Origin: Bryobacterales bacterium
GTDB lineage: Bacteria; Acidobacteriota; Terriglobia; Bryobacterales; Bryobacteraceae
Direction: 5' to 3'
Length of the DNA: 64,000 nucleotides
NCBI GenBank assembly: GCA_963712395.1
Contig: CAVQHR010000008.1
Span: 912,373-976,372, forward strand
Part shown: piece by piece, positions 9,703 to 17,033 of the stretch
Position numbering within the stretch: position 1 is the first letter of the stretch
Layout of the letters: the number at the start of each line of letters is the position of its first letter
Translations under genes and position numbers: made by a program
Notes under the pieces: generated by a model
What the model was told of the DNA's origin: nothing
Seen by the model: only the letters and a program-made list of their open reading frames with translations
The model's database searches: none

Positions 9703-9776
9703 CCCCGGACCTCGCCGGTCTGGCAGGGGTTGCATTGCGCAACCCTAAATCCATTTCAGAAAGGAAAAAACCTCTT
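9703..9776 (+). promoter_or_regulatory. conserved hairpin-containing leader, copy 1 (upstream of ssb)
   Basis: CCCCggaCCTCGCCGG...GGGTTGC-attgc-GCAACCC (9727-9745), then an A-rich tract to the ATG. Homologous by eye to 41390-41463 upstream of ardC. Confidence 0.45.
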
Positions 9777-10151
9777 ATGACTATCAATCGCATAACACTG
9801 GCGGGCTTCACAGGTAAAGATGCCCGCAGTAGTTCCACGCAAAACGGCAGAAGCATGACAAAGCTTTCTGTCGCCACTACCAAACGCTACAAGGACGCTC
9901 GCGAGCAATGGCAGGAAAAAACTCAGTGGCATTCCTGTGTTGCCTACGGGCCAGCTGCGGACTACGCGGCCAGGATTCAGACTGGCGATCACGTGTTCCT
10001 CGAAGGGGAACTGATTTATCGCGAGTATGAGCGCACGGTCGAAACCGACAGCGGACCAATCAAAGTGCAGTGGCCGGTGACGGAAATCGTGATTGATTCC
10101 ATCTCCGTAATTGACCGCAAGGAAAAACAGGAAAAAAGAGGGGCTGCGTAA
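9777..10151 (+). CDS. ssb: single-stranded DNA-binding protein
   Basis: MTINRITLAGFTGKDA...TQWHSCVAYG...GDHVFLEGEL is OB-fold SSB text. The ATG at 9777 has AAGGA upstream. The track ORF from 9570 is an upstream run-on. Confidence 0.85.
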   Translation: MTINRITLAGFTGKDARSSSTQNGRSMTKLSVATTKRYKDAREQWQEKTQWHSCVAYGPAADYAARIQTGDHVFLEGELIYREYERTVETDSGPIKVQWPVTEIVIDSISVIDRKEKQEKRGAA

Positions 10152-10181
10152 GCGGCCCACTCCCTACACTCAGGCGAAACC

Positions 10182-10586
10182 ATGGCGCTCAAATCTTTGT
10201 ACTGCGTCGAGTGCATCTGCGGCCATTACATCGAGAGTGAGACCAACACTCTGATCTGTCCCGGATGTCAGCGTCCGGTTGTGATCGAATGGCCCGGCAA
10301 AGAAGAACAGGCGGAGCACTCAGAGGCGACCACTCCACGGCCATCCCTATCCCTCGGTGCTGGTGTTCGATACGGTTCCGATCAGGTCAAGATTATCGAT
10401 ACGAAGCTGGATCCAAGCAGTACGCTTAACGGGAAAGGGGCCGGCCATGGTCCTGCACCGAGTCTCCTGAATATGACGTCACCCACGTGCCCGACCTTTG
10501 CTCCGCAAGCACCGCATTCGATCCAAAACACAAGCAAGCCGCCCGCTGCATTAATACCGCATCGAGTTCAAGCGAGTGGACGATGA
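10182..10586 (+). CDS. Zn-ribbon protein (hypothetical)
   Basis: CVECxCGH...CPGC forms two CxxC-type pairs within the first 30 aa. The rest is low-complexity S/P-rich, so the true 3' end is uncertain. Confidence 0.35.
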   Translation: MALKSLYCVECICGHYIESETNTLICPGCQRPVVIEWPGKEEQAEHSEATTPRPSLSLGAGVRYGSDQVKIIDTKLDPSSTLNGKGAGHGPAPSLLNMTSPTCPTFAPQAPHSIQNTSKPPAALIPHRVQASGR

Positions 10587-11124
10587 TGCGCTGGGAACGC
10601 AGTGGCAGAACTGGTATCCGTGGATGAAGTACAGGAAGAACATGCGTTAAACGACGGAAGCCTCCGACCACCCGGAAGCAACCGAACCGATTGGGACTGC
10701 CTGTTACCGATAAGTGCATTGGCGATTGCGCGCGCTTCGATACAAGCACACTGTGAGGCTTGCAATGACGGATCAATCGCGTGTAGTCGTTAGCGTTGAT
10801 CGGGAGTGCCTCGGCGAGGGCAGCGGAAGAAACGCGGCCAAGTAAATGGCGAGGCACTTTCGATAACGAGACTTGAAGGAAGCCGTTGGCGGGGCGGCCG
10901 AGTATGGAGCTACTAGTGTGGTTTGGTAGGAACTCGAAGCGCGAACCGGCGGTCAAAACAGATCGAGAAGTTCAGGAACGAGAGTAAAAGAGGCCGAAGT
11001 AGGCTGTCGAATCGGCTGAGGGCTGGATGCGAGCAGCGCAGGCGGGACAGATTCCCTGGAGAGCGGACAAGTGTGCGAAGGCGTGCGTGCGCACGTCGTG
11101 GCGTCGAGTTGTGATAGCGAGTTG

Positions 11125-12299
11125 TTAAGACGTATCGATGAATTTGCACCGCCCTTTGAGTTGAAGGGCCGAGAACTTCTCCTGGATGTGCATGGGAGCG
11201 CCACAATGGCGGCACTTCCAGACAGCCTTCGTTGAAAGTTCGTTAGACGGTGCGCGAACGTCTGGGGTGAAGGCGAGTAGTTGGCGGCTGAGAGGAATGA
11301 GCTTACTACGACAACCGTTAGCCAAGAATCCAAACTGCCGTATGCGAACAAAGCCGCGAGGAAGTATATGTTGGACGAAGCGCCGCAGAAACTCTTCGGC
11401 ACTCAGAGTCATCAGCCGATGCTTGTTGCCGCGCGCGTAATCTTTCCAGCGAAATGTGACTTGGTCCTCTTCGTGAGCGACCAATCGATGGTTGCTGATC
11501 GCAACGCGATGAGTGTAGCGGCCGAGATAGCGGAGGACCGCCGCCGGGCCGCCGAAGGCGGCCTTGGCGTAAACCACCCAGTCCTGGCGGCGGAGTCTTT
11601 GCACAAACGCCGAAAACTGCTTGGGTGCGGCGACGGCGGCAGCCGTGCCGCTGAAGTGTAGCTTCTTGAGCCGGAACGCGCGGCGAAGTCCTCGGATGAA
11701 CTTGCGCCGGCAGACCCGGGCGAGAACTTTGACGGGTAGGAAGAAAGCATACTTAGGGTGAATCCAGCGCTGGTGATCCGCTGCTAGCCCTCCAGCAGGG
11801 ACCACGCAGTGAACGTGCGGATGAAGGAGCAAGTTCTGACCCCAGGTATGCAGAATGCTGACAGGAAGCCAATCTCGACTCCCAAGTGCTTCGGGTCCGC
11901 TGCGACTTCGAGCATCGCGGCGGCGCTCGAACGAAACAGCAGGTTATAAAGCACCGTCTGGTTCCGCTGGCAAAGCGGATTCAGTTCATGCGGGAGTGTG
12001 AAAACAACGTGAAAATAAGGTACGCCGAGCACTTCCTGCTCACGAGCCGCGAGCCAGCGTTGGCGAGCTTGCGTTTGACACTTCGGGCAGTGCCGGTTAC
12101 GACAGGAGTTATAGGAGATGGCCTGACGGCCGCATTGGGAACAGGAATCGAGATGGCCCCCCAAGGCCGCCGTGCGGCAACGGGCGATGGCTCGCAGCAC
12201 GGTCAGTTGCTGGAAGCTCAGCCAAGATCGATTCTTGTCTAGAAAGCGGGCCTCGTGCGCGCGCAAGATATCGGCCACCTCCACAGAGGGGCGGCTCAT
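11125..12299 (-). pseudogene. IS91-family transposase, one frameshift
   Basis: N-terminal Zn-binding domain (CxxC...CRNRHCPKC) in ORF 11784-12299. The catalytic part (HPHVHCVVPAGGL, YLGRYTHRVAISNHRL) is in ORF 11125-11832. Homology GFLS / ILHTWGQNLLLHPH requires a 1-nt shift near 11855. Confidence 0.8.
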
Positions 12300-13213
12300 T
12301 CGGGTTTATGCAGCCTCCGCGAGCGTTGCAGTTGCGCGGTACTGGGAACCTGAATATGGTCAAGCGGATTCGGCGCTGCCTGCAGGTGCTTTTGCGAAAG
12401 GTGCAGATAAACCGTAGTGTGTGTGAGGTCCGCGTGACCGAGCAACATCTGAATCGTGCGAATATCCGCGCCCGCTTCGAGCAGATGAGTCGCGTAGCTG
12501 TGGCGTAGCGTGTGCGGCGTGACGTGTTTCTGAATGTCGGCGCGCCTGGCGGCTTGCTGAACAGCTACCCAGATGACCTTCGGGGTGATCGGCTTATCGG
12601 CACGCCAGCCGTTTTGCGTGCCCGGAAACAGATAGGTTTTGGGCCGCATCCACCGCCAATACTCGCGCAGTGTTTCGAGTAACTTCGAACTCAATGGAAC
12701 ATCGCGATCAACGCCGTTCTTGCTCCGTTCGATTCGCAGCATCATGCGCTGGCTATCGATGTTGCTGACTTTCAGGCGGCACAGTTCGCTGCGCCTGAGT
12801 CCGGCTGCGTACATCGTCAGGAGCATCGCTCGATGGAAAAGGTTCCGGGCACAGTCGATCAGCCGCGAAACTTCCTCCTGGCTGAGGACGACAGGCAGCC
12901 GCTTGAGGCGTTTTGGATAGGGCAGATCTTCCTTCATATCCCGGCGCTTCAGCACCTTGATGTAGAAGAATCGAAGCGCGGAAATCTGGATGACGACTGT
13001 GCCGTTAGCCAGTTTCCTGTCTTCCAGCAGATAAACCTGATAGCGGCGAAGATCGTCAGGCCCCAGATGATCGAGCCGCTTCTGTACGCGTTGGCGGAAT
13101 GCTTCCACCGCATGCAGATAAGAACGGATCGTTGTTTCCGAATAGGTGCGGCGCACGAGTTCCTCGCGCATCCGCTGCATCAGTATGGTCACAGAGAACT
13201 CCTTTCTCTGCAA
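12296..13213 (-). CDS. tyrosine recombinase (XerC/D-like, IS91-associated)
   Basis: N-terminal SAM-like domain, GLRRSEL (Arg), HTLRHSYATHLL (HxxR), LLGHADLTHTTVYLH (His..Tyr). Confidence 0.85.
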   Translation of the reverse strand: MQRKEFSVTILMQRMREELVRRTYSETTIRSYLHAVEAFRQRVQKRLDHLGPDDLRRYQVYLLEDRKLANGTVVIQISALRFFYIKVLKRRDMKEDLPYPKRLKRLPVVLSQEEVSRLIDCARNLFHRAMLLTMYAAGLRRSELCRLKVSNIDSQRMMLRIERSKNGVDRDVPLSSKLLETLREYWRWMRPKTYLFPGTQNGWRADKPITPKVIWVAVQQAARRADIQKHVTPHTLRHSYATHLLEAGADIRTIQMLLGHADLTHTTVYLHLSQKHLQAAPNPLDHIQVPSTAQLQRSRRLHKPE

Positions 13214-13424
13214 CCAACGCTACTTGTTCAGGAATCCGTCTTCCAGCTACCGAAATCGCTCGTCCGGCCGCCGCGCCAGCGGCTTCGTTCTTGTCGCGAT
13301 GTGTTTACCGATCCTGCGGTTTGTGGCTGAAAGACCGGCTTATCTCCAAGTGAAAACGACGGCCGGCACTTTGGCATTGAACTACTAAATCTCAAAAGAA
13401 ATACTTCGATTTCTCCGGAAGCTT

Positions 13425-13697
13425 TTACTCCAGCAGCTCCGAATCGAACAGTCTATAAATCTCGCGCTGATGAGCTGGATCACGGTCGGCTTGGAGCGCG
13501 GCGATCAGCGCACTCAGTCGCGGAGTGAGGACAATCAAATAACGCGCATTGTCTGCGGCCACGTACGTATGGGCCATTCCCGCCGGCACAAAAACCGTTG
13601 TTCCCGGGCCGGCGGTTTCGGTGCGGTCAGCATACCGAAACATCAGCTGGCCTTCCAGGACGTGCCACGCTTCGTCATCTGAATGATGGACGTGTAA
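13425..13697 (-). pseudogene. cupin-domain remnant (5'-truncated)
   Basis: Homology starts at LHVHHSDDEAWHVLEG...VFVPAGMAHTY. The upstream part of track ORF 13425-13814 is the alternate frame of the kinase propeller region. Confidence 0.5.
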
Positions 13698-15337
13698 CGT
13701 AGGTGCACGCGATTGGATGGTGTCGCGAGCGAGGCCGCGTAGATGCCTGTATTCCCCGGCTGATTGCTGGAAGCGAAATAGAGGAACTGGCCGCGTGGAA
13801 GCGCTTGCGGCCACCCATGGCCAACTTCCCCGCGCGATTGATCTACCGTGGTCACGCGCGCAGGTGTTCCGCCTGAGGCGGGTACTCGAAACAAACCGTT
13901 AGAGGATCCGAATAAAATTTGTCCATCAGCCGTCCAGGAGCCTCCTTGAAAGCGCAAGGGGGCATCGCACAGTGTCCACGGTGCCCCACCCGCCAAATCG
14001 ACTCGCTGAAGGCCAGTCATGGCCAAGAAAGCAATGGACTTGCTATTCGGCGACCAAAAAGGAGACGTGCCACTAATATTCGTTTCCGCAATCAGGCGCG
14101 GAGGCGCGCCGTCGAGCGGCCGAATCCAGAGACCTATCTTTCCGCCCATCGCTGCCGTGTAAGCCGCAGTCGTACCATCGGGCGAGAGGGCGAAGCTGCC
14201 GTTCATGGTGCCGACCACAAATCGTCCGCTTCGCGGCGGGTCGATCTCTGCTTGCAGGCTCAGATCATGTGGTTGTCGGTGCAGCCAGAAGACCGCGGCT
14301 CCCCCTGCCAACACGCCGCCAAGTCCGGCGGCGCCAGTTATCCAAGCCCGCCGGCTCGGCTTCGCAGCGGGCTCAGTCTCCGCGAGCAAGCCAATTGCCG
14401 CCCTTACATCCCACGCCGACTGCCATCGCTCCTCCGGATTTTTCTCTAGGCATTTCCGTAAGATGGCGTCCAAGGCTGCGGGTGCAACGGCCCTAACCGA
14501 CGGGGCGGCACGCTCCAGAATCGCTCCGATCACGCTTGTCGTAGTCGCGCCGTCGAAGGCCCGCTTGCCGGTCAACATTTCGTATAGGACGCAGCCGAAC
14601 GCAAAAATATCTGCACGGGTATCGACGGTGCTTCCCTGCGCCTGCTCTGGCGCCATGTACTCGGGTGTACCCGTGATCGTGCCCTGGATCGTAATGACCG
14701 GTGTCCCGGCCGAAGCAGCTTTTGCGCGCCCCCATTTTGCCAGTCCGAAATCCAGCAGCTTCACGCCCGTCTTCGTCACCAGAATATTGGCGGGCTTCAG
14801 GTCTCGATGAACGATCCCCTGTTTGTGCGCGGCGTCGAGTGCCTCGAGAATTTGCTTCGCGTATTCGATAGCCTTGTCGAGGGGCAGCGGGCCATGCAGC
14901 GGCGTGCCATCGATCAGCTCCATCACGAGGTAATTGGGCCCGACATCATAGAGCTGGCAAATGTGGGGATGATTCAGGGCGGCCACGGCACGCGCTTCGT
15001 GCTCAAAGCGTTCGCCGAACCGCGCCGCCGGAGTCTTAATCGCGACGGTACGGCCCAGCCGCCTATCGCGAGCTTTCCACACTTCGCCCATCCCGCCTTT
15101 ACTGATGTGCTCGAGAATTTCGTAGGGTCCGAGCCACTCGCCCGGGTGCCAGTTTGTTTCCCACGCGGGGCGTTCCAGCAGGGAGCCAGCGCCGTCGAAG
15201 CCCAACAGCGATTCGACTTCGCGCCGCAGATCCGCGTCCGGACAGGCTTCGGCCAGAAAGGCCCGCCGGTCGCCCGACTCGTGTTCCAGGGCGGCATGAT
15301 AGAGGCGCTCGATCTGATTCCAGCGCTCAGGCTCCAT
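13643..15337 (-). CDS. Ser/Thr protein kinase with TM segment and a truncated TolB-like beta-propeller
   Basis: Hanks motifs: VAIK, HRDLKPANIL, DFGLA, GTPEYMAPE. TM GAAGLGGVLAGGAAVFWL. PD40-like repeats (FALSPDG, SPFWSPNS) stop abruptly at NRVHL. ATG at 15337 preferred (MEPERWNQIERLY). Confidence 0.8.
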   Translation of the reverse strand: MEPERWNQIERLYHAALEHESGDRRAFLAEACPDADLRREVESLLGFDGAGSLLERPAWETNWHPGEWLGPYEILEHISKGGMGEVWKARDRRLGRTVAIKTPAARFGERFEHEARAVAALNHPHICQLYDVGPNYLVMELIDGTPLHGPLPLDKAIEYAKQILEALDAAHKQGIVHRDLKPANILVTKTGVKLLDFGLAKWGRAKAASAGTPVITIQGTITGTPEYMAPEQAQGSTVDTRADIFAFGCVLYEMLTGKRAFDGATTTSVIGAILERAAPSVRAVAPAALDAILRKCLEKNPEERWQSAWDVRAAIGLLAETEPAAKPSRRAWITGAAGLGGVLAGGAAVFWLHRQPHDLSLQAEIDPPRSGRFVVGTMNGSFALSPDGTTAAYTAAMGGKIGLWIRPLDGAPPRLIAETNISGTSPFWSPNSKSIAFLAMTGLQRVDLAGGAPWTLCDAPLRFQGGSWTADGQILFGSSNGLFRVPASGGTPARVTTVDQSRGEVGHGWPQALPRGQFLYFASSNQPGNTGIYAASLATPSNRVHLRYTSIIQMTKRGTSWKAS

Positions 15338-15374
15338 GGGTATCGTGCCGGATAATAGCACGATTTTAGGCAAT

Positions 15375-15938
15375 TTACGGGATCTTCGCGGCTGTTGTGA
15401 TCGGACGATTTTCTTTGTTTTGAATGATCCGAATGTCTTCGGGCGTGAACCTCAGGAGATGGCGCTTCATTTCTACGAAATCGCCCGAATCCCATTGCGC
15501 CTTCATGACGCCTGTGGCGGAGTGCCGTGCAATGCCCTGCAGGAGATGCGTTATCTCGTGCGCCATAGCGTGCGCCAGCAGGAAAGGCTCGAGGCTTTGC
15601 TGATCCATTCGCTGGATGCGGTTATAGAAGATAACGACATGAACGCCTTCTCGTAGCAGCGAGTAGCCAAGGGCGCTGGAGTGATCCGTCGCGCGAGTGT
15701 CTGTCTCCAGTTGCATAATAATGACCCGGTTTCGGCCCTTCCAGCCGGAAGACGCCAGGCCGTGCCAGGCGATGCGCACATCCGCGCTAGCTACTATTCG
15801 CGAAGCCAACCCTTCCGCAGATTGAAGGGTCGCAAAGGGGATGCGCTCACTGTTGTTTACGAAAACGTCGAGTTTCTGTCCGGCGCTGATGCTTGCCGCA
15901 AAGGCCGCAGTTATTGCTGCCAACGGTATGATCTTCAT
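15375..15938 (-). CDS. exported HExxH-motif protein (putative Zn-peptidase-like)
   Basis: Signal peptide MKIIPLAAITAAFAASISA, AMAHEITHLLQG motif, GGGAGG RBS. Immediately upstream of the kinase on the same strand. Confidence 0.55.
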   Translation of the reverse strand: MKIIPLAAITAAFAASISAGQKLDVFVNNSERIPFATLQSAEGLASRIVASADVRIAWHGLASSGWKGRNRVIIMQLETDTRATDHSSALGYSLLREGVHVVIFYNRIQRMDQQSLEPFLLAHAMAHEITHLLQGIARHSATGVMKAQWDSGDFVEMKRHLLRFTPEDIRIIQNKENRPITTAAKIP

Positions 15939-16031
15939 CTCACCTCCCGGTTTGTCCGGTAAGCGAGGGCGCGGGGCGAAAACTATAATGCAGACTGCGA
16001 TTTCTTTTCGCGGGAGACACTTTGCCAGCCG

Positions 16032-16628
16032 ATTCGGCCGCTGAAATCACTCGTCTGCTACGCGCCTGGGCCCAAGGCGAGGAGGCGGCGCTCGATGAAC
16101 TCGCCCCGATGGTCTACCGAGAACTGCGGGAAAGAGCCGGCAAATACATGGGACGCGAGCGGCGCGCGGTCACGCTGCAGGCGGACGGCGTTAGCGAATG
16201 AAGCCCTGGCTTAGGTTGGCCGATGTTTCGCGTGTCGACTGGCGCGACCAAGTCTCGACTTCTTTGCAGTAGCGGCTCGAATGATGCGCCGCATCCTAGT
16301 AGACGCGGGGCGGTCGCGGGTCACGGACAAACGCGGAAGGCAGAGCACAAAAGGTCAACCTCGAGCGAAATACCCGCGGTCTCGAGCGGACGAGACCGCG
16401 AACTCGTGGCCATCGACGATGCGCTTAGCAAGCTCGCGGAACTGGATGCGCGAAAGGCGAGGGTGATTGAGCTGCGCTTCTTCGGCGGGCTAAGCGTTGA
16501 GGAGACCGCAGCCGTGCTGAACATTTCCGGCCAGAGCGTGATGCGCAGACTGGAGGCTGGCGAAATCCTGGCTGATGCGCGAGATTGGGGTGCGCACAAG
16601 TACCCGCGCAACACACGCCGGAGCCTGA
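16032..16628 (+). pseudogene. ECF sigma factor (TIGR02999 / ECF43-like), heavily frameshifted
   Basis: Family text is scattered over three frames: ITRLLRAWAQGEEAALDELAPMVYRELR; FFAVAARMMRRILVD; ELVAIDDALSKLAELDARKARVIELRFFGGLSVEETAAVLNIS; DWRLAKSWL. Confidence 0.7.
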
Positions 16629-17033
16629 GCTTCACAATTTCCCACTCTGCTGGCCGACTTCTAGGCTTTTGATAGGGACCTTGATTCGCAAACGGACACG
16701 GCGGGTATTTCCCGAGGGCGGCGAGCGGATAGATGCGCCAACATTTATGGAATTGATTCCAGGCCAAAGTAAAGATATTCAGGAATCTGCTATGTTCGGC
16801 ACGCGGTTCCGCAAAATGAGAGAAGAGTCGCCGGCAAAAGCCAAATAGATCGCGGGTAGTCGTCAAGGGTTTACTGATATGTACTACCGACCAAAGCCGG
16901 CTCATCCCTATCCAGGCAGCTATTGTCTCGGATGAACTCAATCGCGCGGGTCAGCACTCCGTAAGCGCCCGCCGCATGAGCGGCTCGCGCTATGCTGCCT
17001 GTGCAGTCGCAAAGTCTCGGAATCAACCGGCGA

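Larger units (their letters stand above)
10771..13335 (-). mobile_element. IS91-family element carrying a tyrosine recombinase plus a Y2 (HUH) transposase
   Basis: Two overlapping genes (ATGA overlap at 12296-12299). About 350 bp of non-coding 3' end holds a hairpin (AGTGCCTCGGC...GGCGAGGCACT). Both end sequences recur at 25792-26100. Confidence 0.7.

Noticed and set aside
9727-9745. Reading the hairpin loops as sigma-70 promoters (TTGCAT here, TTGACA at 41422-41427).
   Set aside because: No acceptable -10 hexamer at 16-18 nt spacing in either copy. Retained only as part of the structured-leader hypothesis.
9570-9776. N-terminal 69 codon extension of the SSB ORF in the track.
   Set aside because: SSB homology starts at MTINRITLAGF (9777), which has an RBS. 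The extension is the conserved non-coding leader.
10426-10956. 176 aa minus-strand ORF spanning the IS element boundary.
   Set aside because: It crosses the repeat boundary defined by the second copy at 25792 and has no family signature. Likely spurious.
13698-13814. N-terminal part of the 129 aa cupin ORF.
   Set aside because: This stretch is the alternate frame of genuine kinase propeller coding sequence. Cupin similarity begins only at LHVHH.
16321-16941. 206 aa minus-strand ORF.
   Set aside because: Largely antisense to the ECF sigma pseudogene, with no motifs.
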